Below the pieces are notes generated by a model. That model did not search any database. It saw only the letters and a program-made list of their open reading frames with translations, and was not told where the DNA came from. A stretch of 25,546 nt of DNA from positions 1 to 25,546 of the forward strand of contig JBDTYW010000001.1 of NCBI GenBank assembly GCA_040005445.1. Direction: 5' to 3'. Source of the DNA: Candidatus Eiseniibacteriota bacterium (GTDB lineage: Bacteria; Eisenbacteria; RBG-16-71-46; DASYSL01). Below are positions 7,485 through 19,274 of this stretch, in pieces. Within the stretch, counting starts at the first letter, position 1, and each line of letters starts with the position of its first letter. The translations under genes and the position numbers were made by a program.

Positions 7485-8207
7485 ATGCGTTACACAATGT
7501 CGATGGTCACGGCCGCGTTGCTCTCGGCTGTCGTTCTCCAGGGTTGTGGCGGCGACAACAAGGTTGCCCCCATCAACACGAACCCCGCCTCTGTTCCCCT
7601 CGGCGCGATCGTGTCCGGGAGCAACAGTTTCCGGGTGCTTGCGGGCTCCACGGTAGCGAACACCGGCAATACCACGGTTGCCGGCGATGTCGGCGTATGG
7701 GCGGGCGCGTCGGTCACCGGCTTCGGACCGGGGACGATGACCGGCAACGGTGGAGTTGCCCACTCGGCCGACGTCGCCGCGCAGTTGGCCCAGTCGGACC
7801 TGACGATTGCCTACAACAACGCGGCCGGTCGCGCCGCGGGCGCCGCAGTGGCCGGAAACATCGGAGGGCAGACGCTGACTCCGGGCGTGTACACCTCCGC
7901 GTCATCGCTCGAAATCTCCTCGGGGAATCTCACGCTCAACGGCAATTCGGCCGGAGTGTTCATCTTCCAGATCCCGAGCACGCTGACCGTGACCGCGGGT
8001 CGCCAGGTCATCCTGACCGGCGGCGCGCAGGCCTCGAACGTGTACTGGCAGGTCGGTAGCTCGGCCACGCTGGGCACGACCGCGAACTTCAGCGGAATCA
8101 TCCTCGCGAATTCGTCGATCACGCTGGCGACCGGCGCCACGCTGCACGGTCGCGCGCTCGCGCGAGTCGGCGGAGTCGCGCTGGATTCGAACATCGTCGG
8201 TCCGTAG
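7485..8207 (+). CDS. DUF3494 ice-binding-like protein, predicted lipoprotein
   Basis: AGGAG RBS at 7473-7477; lipobox VLQG-C; FRVLAGSTVANTG, GQTLTPGVY, VFIFQI, GGAQASNVYWQVGSSATLG, GRALA motifs. Confidence 0.92.
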   Translation: MRYTMSMVTAALLSAVVLQGCGGDNKVAPINTNPASVPLGAIVSGSNSFRVLAGSTVANTGNTTVAGDVGVWAGASVTGFGPGTMTGNGGVAHSADVAAQLAQSDLTIAYNNAAGRAAGAAVAGNIGGQTLTPGVYTSASSLEISSGNLTLNGNSAGVFIFQIPSTLTVTAGRQVILTGGAQASNVYWQVGSSATLGTTANFSGIILANSSITLATGATLHGRALARVGGVALDSNIVGP

Positions 8208-8244
8208 GGGACCGAATCGCCCGCAAGGGGCGTCGGACGATCAG

Positions 8245-8276
8245 CGGTGAACGCGGTCGCGGACCGTCGTTCACCG
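8245..8276. terminator. Intrinsic terminator-like hairpin between convergent genes
   Basis: cggtgaacg-cggtc-gcg-gaccg-t-cgttcaccg followed by tttccgttt; overlaps the SDR stop codon. Confidence 0.65.
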
Positions 8277-9749
8277 TTTCCGTTTCACGGCGAGGGCGCG
8301 CCGCGCGATCCCGTCGATCAGCCCGCTGAAGATCAGGGCGTGCAGTGGGTACAGCGCGTACCAGTAGAGCCAGCCGAGCAGGCCGCGCGGCGCGAAGAAC
8401 GCACTCTGCGAGAGCAGCGTCCGCCCGTCCTCGCCGGAGGCGGCCTCGAACTGCAGCCAGGCCTCGCCGGGCAGCTTCATCTCCGCGCGCAGGCGGATCA
8501 TGCGCTCCGGCTCCACCGCCTCCACTCGCCAGAAATCGAGCGCATCGCCGACCCGCAGGCGATCGGCGTCGCGACGGCCGCGGCGCAGCCCGACGCCCCC
8601 CATCAGCCGATCGAGCCACCCCCGCACCTTCCACGCCCAGTTCATGTAGAACCAACCGCGTTCGCCCCCCAGGCCGGTGAACACCCCGTACGCGGTCCCA
8701 GCCGGCACGTCGATCACGCGCTGGCGCCGCTCGCGGATCATGCCCTCCTGGTTCGTCAGCACGACTGCCGGCATGTCGCCCTGCGTCGTGCTCAAGGCGT
8801 CGCTCCAGGCGGTCTCGACGTTGCTCGCCTGCAACTGCGCGAGCGTGCGTTCGACCGACGTGCGATAGGACACGGGCCGGATCTCGGGGAAGAGCTCGCG
8901 GGCGGCGGGATCGCGCACGATGTTCTCGTTGCGCAGGCCCTCGACCAGCGGGCGCGCGATGGCCGCGGGGATGGGCGTGACGATGTTTACCCAGTACGAC
9001 GACAGGCGCGGCGTGAGCACCGGGACCGGGACCATCCACCGCTTGAGCCCGCGCACCTCGGCGTAGGTCATCATCATCTCGCCGTAGGTGACGATCTCCG
9101 AACCGCCGATCTCGACGATGCGGCTGCTGCTTTGGGGGACGGCGAGCGCCGCAGTGAGGTACTCGAGCACCTCGCGAATGCCGATCGGCTGGGTGCGCGT
9201 ATACACCCAGCGCGGGCAGACCATGATCGGCACGCGCTCGGTCAGGTAGCGGATCATCTCGAACGACACGCTGCCCGAGCCGACGATGACGCCTGCGCGG
9301 AATTCGGTGACGGGCACGCCGGCGCTGCGCAGCGCATCGCCGGTCTGCTGCCGCGAACGCAGGTGTTCCGAGAGCGTGGGAGAGGCTTCGGCAAGTCCGC
9401 CGAGATAGAGAATTCGCTCCACCCCGGCGGCACGCGCGGTGGCGCCGAACGTCTCGGCAGCGGCGAGGTCGCGTCGATGGAAGTCCGACCCGCTTCCGAG
9501 GCTGTGGACGAGGTAGTAGGCGGCCCACACGCCCGGCATGGCCGGCGCGAGGCTTGCGGCGTCGAGCACGTCGCCGGTCACGATCTCGACGGACTCGTGC
9601 CAGCGTCGTCCCTCCAGTCGCGAGGGATCGCGCACCAGGCAGCGCACGCGGTAGCCGAGGTCGAGCAGGCGGGGGACCAACCTGCCGCCGATGTAGCCGG
9701 TGGCGCCGGTCACGAGGACCAGGCCGCGGTCCGCGGCTTTTGCGGGCAT
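8271..9749 (-). CDS. Atypical SDR / NAD(P)-binding oxidoreductase with C-terminal DUF2867 (YbjT-like)
   Basis: AAAGGAGG RBS; VTGATGYIGG Rossmann motif; AYYLVHS; FRAGVIVGSGS.SFE; C-terminal W..RG..DR..GG.GL...DFWRV...LRAEMKLPG.AWL. Confidence 0.92.
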   Translation of the reverse strand: MPAKAADRGLVLVTGATGYIGGRLVPRLLDLGYRVRCLVRDPSRLEGRRWHESVEIVTGDVLDAASLAPAMPGVWAAYYLVHSLGSGSDFHRRDLAAAETFGATARAAGVERILYLGGLAEASPTLSEHLRSRQQTGDALRSAGVPVTEFRAGVIVGSGSVSFEMIRYLTERVPIMVCPRWVYTRTQPIGIREVLEYLTAALAVPQSSSRIVEIGGSEIVTYGEMMMTYAEVRGLKRWMVPVPVLTPRLSSYWVNIVTPIPAAIARPLVEGLRNENIVRDPAARELFPEIRPVSYRTSVERTLAQLQASNVETAWSDALSTTQGDMPAVVLTNQEGMIRERRQRVIDVPAGTAYGVFTGLGGERGWFYMNWAWKVRGWLDRLMGGVGLRRGRRDADRLRVGDALDFWRVEAVEPERMIRLRAEMKLPGEAWLQFEAASGEDGRTLLSQSAFFAPRGLLGWLYWYALYPLHALIFSGLIDGIARRALAVKRKR

Positions 9750-9881
9750 GTTGCCTCCTTTCGTCAAGGAACACGTCCGCGATCGCACTGATTGCGCGAC
9801 GGCGTGGCCCAAGCGGAGTATGGTCCAAAGACGGGCAAATACAACGATGACAAGGCGACCCCACCTCGGAGGAACCGCACG

Positions 9882-11325
9882 ATGCCCACGACGACGCTGC
9901 CCGGGATCATCCAGGGCGGTATGGGAATCGGTCTCTCGGATTGGAAACTTGCGCGGGCGGTGTCCAGCCGCGGCCAGCTCGGCGTGGTCTCGGGTTCGCT
10001 GATCGACGTCGTCTTCATTCGCCGGTTGCAGGACGGCGATCCCGGCGGGCACATGCGCCGTGCGATGGAACGCTTTCCGCTCCGGCACGTCGCCGAGCAG
10101 GCGCTCGCGCGCTATTTCAGGCCCGGCGGCCGCTCTCCCGGCGAACCCTACGCCGCACTTCCGATGTACCAGCAGGCGATGACCGGCGCGCGGCGGCAAC
10201 TCACGATGCTCGCCGCATTCGTCGAGGTTTACCTCGCGCGCGAGGGGCACGACGGTCCCGTCGGCATGAACTTGCTCACGAAGATCGCTCTCCCGAATCC
10301 GGAGCTGCTCTACGGAGCGATGATCGCGGGCGTGGACGTGATCCTGATGGGGGCCGGAATACCGCGGGAGATCCCGGGGGTGCTCGACCATCTCGTACGA
10401 CACGAGCCGGTCGTGATGCGACTCGAGGTCGAGGGCGCCACGCCCGATGCCGTCCACGAGTTTCACATGGATCCGCGCGAGCTCTGGGAAGGCGAGCTTC
10501 CGCAGTTGCGCCGACCCGACTTCCTGCCGATCGTCTCTAGCCATGCGCTCGCCACGTTGTTCGCGCGCAAATTCGCGGGCGGCGTCGCGGGGCTCGTGCT
10601 CGAGGGTCCGACCGCGGGTGGGCACAACGCGCCACCCCGCGGCGATCTCGTGCTCGACGACCGGGGCCAGCCCGTCTACGGCGAGCGCGACGAGGTGGAT
10701 CTCGAAGCGGTGAAAAAGCTCGGCCTGCCGTTCTGGCTCGCCGGTGGTCAGGGACACCGGGGCGCGGTGCGAGCGGCGCGGGAGCGCGGGGCGGCGGGCG
10801 TGCAGGTGGGCACCCTGTTCGCGTTCTGTGACGAGTCCGGGCTCGAAGGCGGGCTCAGGCAGTCGGTGCTCGAGAGCGCGCGCCGAAATGCCGTGCACGT
10901 CCACACCGATCCCCTGGCGTCGCCCACGGGCTATCCATTCAAGGTCGTCCGCTGGGACGGGATCCCGCCGGCCGAGCGCGAACGAATCTGCGACCTGGGC
11001 TACCTGCGCACGCCGTACCAGACACCCGAGGGTCGCGTCGGCTACCGATGCCCGAGCGAGCCGGAGGACGCGTTCGTGCGCAAGGGCGGGACCATGGAGG
11101 CCACCATCGGCCGTCGTTGCCTGTGCAATGCGCTACTCGCAAACGTCGGGCTCGCGCAGGCCCGCGCACACGGGGCGGTGGAGCCGCCGATGCTCACGAG
11201 CGGGGATGACCTCGAGCAGATCGGGGAGTTCCTCGGCGACCTAACGCACTACGGCGTCGACGAAGTCATCTCGTACCTGCTCGACGATGGCCGGCCGCTC
11301 GCACGATCCGGCGGCGAGGCGCCCG

Positions 11326-11333
<8 letters not shown>
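9882..11333 (+). CDS. Nitronate monooxygenase / FabK-like FMN enzyme
   Basis: GGAGGA RBS; IIQGGMGIG; EGPTAGGHN; LAGG; GVQVGT.F; Cys-rich C-terminus. Confidence 0.85.
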
Positions 11334-12339
<1,006 letters not shown>

Positions 12340-12370
12340 GGTTTCCTCGTGGGGGTTGGGGGGAGTGGAG

Positions 12371-13465
12371 CTAAGAGCCGGGACGACGCCGAGGCTTGCG
12401 GCCGCCGGGCGGCGACCCCATCCAGCCGCGGCGGCGGAAGTAGAGCACCATGCCGAGCGCGACCAGCACCATGACGCCGAGCACGAGGAAGTAGCCCCAG
12501 CGCTCGCGCAGCTCCGGCATGTATTCGAAGTTCATGCCGTAGATGCCCGCGAGAAACGTCAGCGGGATGAAGATGCTCGCCATCAGCGTCAGCACTTTCA
12601 TGATCTCGTTCGTGCGGTGGCCGAGATTCGACACAAACACGTCGGACAGTCCGGTTGCAAGGTCGCGTGTCGAGTCGATCAGTTCCGCGATCTGCGCCAT
12701 GTGGTCCTGCGTGTCGCGCAGGTAGTTGCGGACCGTGTCCGAGAGGAACGGCGAGCGCTCGCGCACGAGCGCGCTCACCATCTCCCGCTGGGGCCAGCCG
12801 ATGCGCCGGAGAATCACGAGCTGGCGGCGCAACTGGTGGATCTCGCCGAGCGATCCCGGCGACATCTCGTCGAGCACGTCGTCCTCGAGGTCGTCCAGCT
12901 TCTGGGAGAGGCTCTCGACGATCGGGTAGTAGAGGTCGACCATCGTGTCGATCAACGCGTAGGCGAGATAGTCGGGACCGGACTCGCGGATCGGGCCGAT
13001 GCCCGAGCGCAGCCGCTCGCGCACGGGCTCGAACAGGCCCAGACGGTCCTTCTGGAACGTCAGCAGGAATCGCGGCCCAATGACGAAGCACACCTGCGGC
13101 GTGCGGATCACACCTTCGTCATCCAGTTGCGGCACGCGCGAGATCACGAGTTGGTATCCGTCGTAGGGCTCGGACTTCGCCCGCTGGGGAGCGTTGACGG
13201 CGTCCTCGAGCGCGAGCGGGGAGAGCCCGAAGATGCGCGCGAGCGTGCGCAACACCTCTTCGTCGCCGAAGCCCTGCACGTCCACCCAAGTCACTTCGTC
13301 GGACCTGAGCATCGCGGGGATCTCGTCCGGGTGCGCCACCGGGACGGACTCGACCCGGTCCGCGGCATAGCGCACCAGGTGGATCTTCGGCGGGGGCGAG
13401 CCCTCCGGGATGACGAGCGTGCCGGGACGCGATCCCGGGAGGGGATGATCCTTATGAAACGCCAT
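12371..13465 (-). CDS. corA: Magnesium/cobalt transporter CorA
   Basis: TWVDVQG...[14 protein letters not shown]; MKVLT...[21 protein letters not shown] (GMN motif). Confidence 0.95.
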   Translation of the reverse strand: MAFHKDHPLPGSRPGTLVIPEGSPPPKIHLVRYAADRVESVPVAHPDEIPAMLRSDEVTWVDVQGFGDEEVLRTLARIFGLSPLALEDAVNAPQRAKSEPYDGYQLVISRVPQLDDEGVIRTPQVCFVIGPRFLLTFQKDRLGLFEPVRERLRSGIGPIRESGPDYLAYALIDTMVDLYYPIVESLSQKLDDLEDDVLDEMSPGSLGEIHQLRRQLVILRRIGWPQREMVSALVRERSPFLSDTVRNYLRDTQDHMAQIAELIDSTRDLATGLSDVFVSNLGHRTNEIMKVLTLMASIFIPLTFLAGIYGMNFEYMPELRERWGYFLVLGVMVLVALGMVLYFRRRGWMGSPPGGRKPRRRPGS

Positions 13466-14332
13466 CGGGGCCCTCTCCGAGCACGCGAACCGTGAGCGGC
13501 CGGGCGGGGTCGAAATGGACGTCGCGCTGGGGGAACGCGATCACGACGCCGGCCTCGCGCAGGCGCGCGTCGATCCCGTGGCGGACGGCGCTCTCGACCA
13601 TGCGGCGGTCGATGATCGCCTTGGCGCGGACCCAGAAATAGACGTCGAACTGGAGCGAGTTGTCGCCGAAATCGGCGAACACGATGCGCGGCTCGCGCTC
13701 CTTGAGGATCTGCGGGTTCGCATCGATCACCTCGAGCAGGAGGCGCTCGACGTCCCGCGTCGGTGACCCGTAGGCCACGCCGACGCGCACGCTCGTGCGC
13801 AGGATGTCGTCGGAGAGCGTGAGATTCACCACCATGTTGTCGAGGAAGAAACTGTTCGGGAGGATGATGTGCGTGTTGTTCGCCGCCCGGATGCGCGTGC
13901 TGCGCGGCCCGATGCGCTCCACCGTGCCGTGGATGCCCTCGATCTCGACGAGGTCCCCGGCGCGAATCGGGCGCTCGAGGTGGATCAGGATCCCGCTGAT
14001 GAAGTTGCGCATCACCTGCTGACTGCCGAAGCCCACGCCGATCGCGACCGCGCCACCGGCCAGCGTGAACACCGTCATCGGGAAGTGGATGATCGTCAGC
14101 GAGGTGAACCCGAACACCACGAACAATACGTAGAACCCGAGCGTTTCGATCGCGGTCGTGGCGCCTTCGTCCATGCCCGATCGTCGCGCCATGGCCCGCG
14201 AGATCGTGCGGCTGAGCAGGCGCGAGACGAAGTAGCCGGCGACGAACAGGAGCAGCGCGGTGGCGATCGCGCCGACCGTGATCGACTCGCCCTCGACGGT
14301 CGCGATCGCGTAGTGCCAGACGACGCCGAAGT

Positions 14333-14336
<4 letters not shown>
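13452..14336 (-). CDS. mscS: Small-conductance mechanosensitive channel, MscS family
   Basis: GAVAIGVGFGSQQVMRNFISGILI..ERPIRAGD; PNS; VGVAYGS; F.DFGDNSLQF; IAFPQRDVH. ATG 14336 overlaps the antiporter TGA (ATGA). Confidence 0.92.
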
Positions 14337-15616
<1,280 letters not shown>

Positions 15617-15624
15617 GTCCACCC

Positions 15625-15653
15625 ATAGTGGGAGAGCATGCCGCACGCGTCAA
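15625..15653 (-). promoter_or_regulatory. Sigma70-like promoter of the antiporter operon
   Basis: TTGACG-N17-CACTAT on the minus strand, ending 8 nt before ATG 15616. Confidence 0.55.
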
Positions 15654-15679
15654 CCGCGGGCACGCGCGGGCCCCGGGGG

Positions 15680-15709
15680 TTGCGGCTCGGGCGCGGCTCC
15701 CCCTAGACT
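15680..15709 (+). promoter_or_regulatory. Sigma70-like promoter of the MFS gene (leaderless likely)
   Basis: TTGCGG-N18-TAGACT, 6 nt before ATG 15716; no SD. Confidence 0.5.
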
Positions 15710-15715
15710 GCGCGC

Positions 15716-17005
15716 ATGGCCGATCCAGAGCACTCCCCGCTCGACCTCCTGGCGACGCCCTGGCGCCGGCGGTTCCTGTTCGCGGCGCTCTACTTCGCCG
15801 AGGGTGCGCCGATCGGCTTCATCTGGTGGTACCTGCCGACGCAGCTGCGCCTCGCCGGCGTCCCGATCGACCAGATCACGCGCCTGACCGCGCTCCTCGT
15901 CCTCCCGTGGACGCTCAAGTTCGTCTGGGCGCCCGCGCTCGACGGCCTCCGTCGCCGCGGCTTCTCCTACCGGCGCTGGGCGTTCCTCGCGCAGTCGGCG
16001 ATGGCGCTCGCGCTGGTTCCGCTCCTCCTGCTCGATCCGGCGACGCAGTTCCCGTGGATCGTGGCCTGCCTGCTCGCCCATTCGTTCGCCGCGGCGACGC
16101 AGGACGTGGCGATCGACGGCCTCGCGATCACGACCACGCCCGAGGGACAGCGCGGCGGTCTGAATGGATGGATGCAGGCCGGCATGCTGATCGGGCGGTC
16201 GATGTTCGGGGGCGTCGCGCTGATGGTGGCGGCGAACTTCGATCCGCGCGCCGTTCCCGCGGGCCTTTTGATCGCGATTGTCGGCACGCTGGCGCTCCTG
16301 TTCTTCGCCCGCGAGCGCGCGCCCGCGAGCGGCGCGGGCGAAGCCGGGCTGCTCGCCACGATCCGCGCCGCGCTCGGGCGACGAACGACCTGGCTCGGCC
16401 TCGGGTTCGCGCTGATCTCGGGGGCGGGCTTCGAGGCGGTGGGGGCGGTCGCGGGTCCGTTCTTGGTCGACCGCGGTCAGGGCGGCGCCGCGATCGGGGG
16501 CTTCCTCGCGTTCCCTGCGGTGATCGCGACCGTGGTCGGGGGCTTCTTGGGCGGCGCGATCGCGGATCGTCTCGGCGGCGCGCGCGCGGTGACCGGCGCG
16601 CTGCTCGGGCTGGCGGTGGTGATCTTCGTGCTCGCCGGCGCGACCGGCGCGAGCCCCGGGGAGACCTACGCGCTGCTGACCGCGGTCTACTTCGGCATCG
16701 GCACGTTCACCGCGTCGTCCTACGCGCTGTTCATGGACCTCACCGATTCCCGGCTGGGCGCGACGCAGTTCAGCAGCTACATGGCCGCGACCAACGCCTG
16801 CGAGGCGTGGGCCGGCCTGCTGGTCGGCCGGCTCGTCGTGCAGTCGGGCTATGGATTCGCGTTCGGGGTGCTGGCGGCGATCTCGCTCGTCGGCGTGCCG
16901 ATCGCCCTCCTGATTTCCCGGGCGCAGCGCCGCGAGCTCAGGCTCGCGGGCGAAATCTCGGATCGAGGTCTTCCAGGTCCGACGGTTGCGCCTCGGCCGG
17001 GTTGA
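15716..17005 (+). CDS. MFS transporter, AmpG/RhtX-like
   Basis: LYFAEGAPIG; PWTLKFVWAPALD; ATQDVAIDG; ATQFSSY.A; about 12 hydrophobic segments. Confidence 0.85.
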   Translation: MADPEHSPLDLLATPWRRRFLFAALYFAEGAPIGFIWWYLPTQLRLAGVPIDQITRLTALLVLPWTLKFVWAPALDGLRRRGFSYRRWAFLAQSAMALALVPLLLLDPATQFPWIVACLLAHSFAAATQDVAIDGLAITTTPEGQRGGLNGWMQAGMLIGRSMFGGVALMVAANFDPRAVPAGLLIAIVGTLALLFFARERAPASGAGEAGLLATIRAALGRRTTWLGLGFALISGAGFEAVGAVAGPFLVDRGQGGAAIGGFLAFPAVIATVVGGFLGGAIADRLGGARAVTGALLGLAVVIFVLAGATGASPGETYALLTAVYFGIGTFTASSYALFMDLTDSRLGATQFSSYMAATNACEAWAGLLVGRLVVQSGYGFAFGVLAAISLVGVPIALLISRAQRRELRLAGEISDRGLPGPTVAPRPG

Positions 17006-17624
17006 GCCACTCGATGAGCGCCGCGTAGCCGAGGCTCTCCGGGTCGGCCTTGAGATAACCGGGGATGACCTGGAGCACGTGGAACCCCTCGCGCAACTGG
17101 AACGACAGCGTCGGCCCGTTGATCTCCCCGCGCACGACGCGCTCGACGTACTCCTCGGCGCTCATCCGTTTCGCGTAGCGATGGTAGCCGCGCAACCGGG
17201 CGGCCGCGCGGATGCGCAGGAGCCCGAGCCGGATCGCCAGGTCGCGGCGGGCGTGGTAGAGCATGGCGCCGACGCCCGAGCGCTGGATGTCGGGATCGAC
17301 CATGACCTCGGCGCCGTAGAGCGTGCGGCCGCGCGCGGGGTCGTGGTTCGTGAACATGCCGCTGTCCGTGAAGTCGCGCCACGAGGCCGTCGGCTCGTAG
17401 TCGTCCCAGCGCACGATCAGGCTCGCGGCCATACCCGCGATGCCGGGGTGCCCCGGACGCTCGGCCACGAGCTGGCCCTCGGGGAAGATCCGAAGGTGCG
17501 ACGCAAGCTGGTCGCGGTTCCAGGGCGGCGCGTCGACATAGACCCGCTTCGTGAGCTCGATGATGCCCTCGAAGTCCCCCGGTTCCATGTTGCGCACGCG
17601 CGTGCGGGTGCGCGGGCCTGTCAC
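16938..17624 (-). CDS. GNAT N-acetyltransferase (YkwB-like)
   Basis: GTG start in a GTGA overlap with the upstream stop, AAGGA RBS; W..DQL.SHL..FPEGQ.VA; LYGAEVMVDP..QRSGVG..LY; DP.LSFQL..GF; Y...DPES.GYA.L.EW.N. Confidence 0.85.
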   Translation of the reverse strand: MTGPRTRTRVRNMEPGDFEGIIELTKRVYVDAPPWNRDQLASHLRIFPEGQLVAERPGHPGIAGMAASLIVRWDDYEPTASWRDFTDSGMFTNHDPARGRTLYGAEVMVDPDIQRSGVGAMLYHARRDLAIRLGLLRIRAAARLRGYHRYAKRMSAEEYVERVVRGEINGPTLSFQLREGFHVLQVIPGYLKADPESLGYAALIEWLNPAEAQPSDLEDLDPRFRPRA

Positions 17625-18508
17625 AGGGTGACTTCCTTGAGCAGGCGCGCTACCTCGGACGTGTGCTGGCTGTCCCGCAGGGGAAGCACCGTGCCCGAGC
17701 TGCGAGCCTCGCGCAGCGTGGCGAGGTTGAGCTCGCCGATGACCATGGTCTCCTGGTTCGGCACGCCCTCGGCGAGGATGCCGTCGCGCGCGAACGGGAA
17801 ATCGCTCGGCGTCAGGATCGAGGCCTGCCCGTAATTGAGGGAGACCGCCGGCACCATCGGCAGCGAGCCCACGGTCGAGGCGTGGATCACGTAGAGCTGG
17901 TTCTCGATCGTGCGCGCGTGCGCGCAGTAGCGCACGCGGAGGAAGCCCTGGCGGTCGTCGGTGCAGCTCGGCACGAGCAGCATGTCGGCACCTGCGCGCG
18001 CGGCGACGCGCGCCAGCTCCGGGAACTCGACGTCGTAGCAGATCGTGATCGCGACCTTGCCGAACGAGGTCTCGAACACCTTCAGGTGGTCCCCCGGAGT
18101 CACGAACCACTCCTCCGACTCGAAGCGCGTCATGTGCAACTTGCTCTGGGATTCGTGCTCTCCGCGCGGGTTGAACAGGAACGACTCGTTGCGCACCGTG
18201 TCCGCGCCATTGCGCTTGACAGGGATCGTCCCGGCGCAGATGTACATGCCGGAGCGCCGTGCCATGCCGCGCATCATCTCCACGAAGCGAGTCTCCTCGG
18301 ACGCGAGGCCGGCGACCTGCTCGGGAATCGGCCGACGGATGTCGCCGAGCGTGAGGAGTTGCAGCGTGAAGTATTCGGGGAACACGAGGAGCTGGCACTT
18401 GTAGTCGGCCGCGGTCTCGACGAGACCTTCGACCTGCGCCTGGAATGCCTCGAAGCTGGCGACGGGGCGGATGTAGTACTGGAGGGTTGCGACGCGAATC
18501 CGGTCCAT
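17621..18508 (-). CDS. Carbon-nitrogen hydrolase (nitrilase superfamily amidase)
   Basis: Catalytic triad motifs FPEY (Glu), QSKLHMT (Lys), ICYDVEFPE (Cys); AGGAG RBS. Confidence 0.93.
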   Translation of the reverse strand: MDRIRVATLQYYIRPVASFEAFQAQVEGLVETAADYKCQLLVFPEYFTLQLLTLGDIRRPIPEQVAGLASEETRFVEMMRGMARRSGMYICAGTIPVKRNGADTVRNESFLFNPRGEHESQSKLHMTRFESEEWFVTPGDHLKVFETSFGKVAITICYDVEFPELARVAARAGADMLLVPSCTDDRQGFLRVRYCAHARTIENQLYVIHASTVGSLPMVPAVSLNYGQASILTPSDFPFARDGILAEGVPNQETMVIGELNLATLREARSSGTVLPLRDSQHTSEVARLLKEVTL

Positions 18509-18649
18509 GGAGTCTCCTGGTCGACGACGGGGCGGCGGCGCGGGGTCGCCGCGGTCCGGGGCCCAGTCTACATGCCCGGTGCAGACTTCCCTAGCCCTGC
18601 ACGGCGCGCTCGCGCCTCTGCGCCACGTGCCACCGCACGCTGTCCGCGT

Positions 18650-19213
18650 TCATGGCGATGGCTCCAGGGGCTTCCCGTCGATCCGTCGTCGCTGGTCGCG
18701 CAGGCCGTCCACCCGATAGAGCTTCCAGGCGCCCGCCGTATTCCGCCAGGTCTCGCGCTGGGTGACCCAGCTCTCGACGTGGTGCACGAGGCCGTCGCCG
18801 CGCAGCGCCATGCGGTCCGCATGCTGGCGGACGACGGTGCGCGCGAGGTCGCCTTCGACTTCGAGGCTGTCGATGTCGAACGTCAACGCGATCCAGCGGT
18901 CGATCCCGTTGAGCAGGCCCTGGGTCGCGAGCGCCATCTCGGCGGAGTCGTGCACCGCGCTGTCCGGGGTCACGCTGTGAAAGTCGTTCGTGCGGAGCGC
19001 CATGATCGCGCCGAAGTCCTTGGCGAGGAACGCCCGGCGGTTCGCTTCATAGCGCTGAACGAGTTCGCGCCGGACGGAAGCCACGTCGAGCGTGCGCGCC
19101 GGCGCGCCGGCGGGGGGCGGGTTCCCGTGGGCGCAGCCCGCTGCGAACACCGCAAGGAACACCAGGATGCCGCGCCGGCCGGCGGATGCCGTGGAGCGAG
19201 GGAGGGCGGCCAT
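18650..19213 (-). CDS. NTF2-like (DUF4440/SnoaL-like) putative lipoprotein
   Basis: Lipobox-like LAVFAAG-C; helix followed by strands (AFLAKD...DF...EVEGDLA...RETW....G.WKL). Confidence 0.7.
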   Translation of the reverse strand: MAALPRSTASAGRRGILVFLAVFAAGCAHGNPPPAGAPARTLDVASVRRELVQRYEANRRAFLAKDFGAIMALRTNDFHSVTPDSAVHDSAEMALATQGLLNGIDRWIALTFDIDSLEVEGDLARTVVRQHADRMALRGDGLVHHVESWVTQRETWRNTAGAWKLYRVDGLRDQRRRIDGKPLEPSP

Positions 19214-19217
19214 CGCG

Positions 19218-19274
19218 CTATCCGTCCACGCCGTGCTCGAGCTGGCGCGGATCGCTTTCGGCGTCGAAGGCCAT
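19218..19274 (-). CDS. Small ORF, 18 aa (MAFDAESDPRQLEHGVDG)
   Basis: GGAGG about 10 nt upstream; mostly G/C third positions; stop 4 nt before the next ATG. Confidence 0.35.
   Translation of the reverse strand: MAFDAESDPRQLEHGVDG

Noticed and set aside
9750-10904. N-terminal 385 aa of the 877-aa minus ORF
   Set aside because: Mostly antisense to the NMO gene; the SDR has its own strong RBS and ATG at 9749.
18579-18602. GTGCAG-N12-CTGCAC inverted repeat upstream of the C-N hydrolase
   Set aside because: 6-bp arms are expected by chance in GC-rich DNA; no linked regulator.
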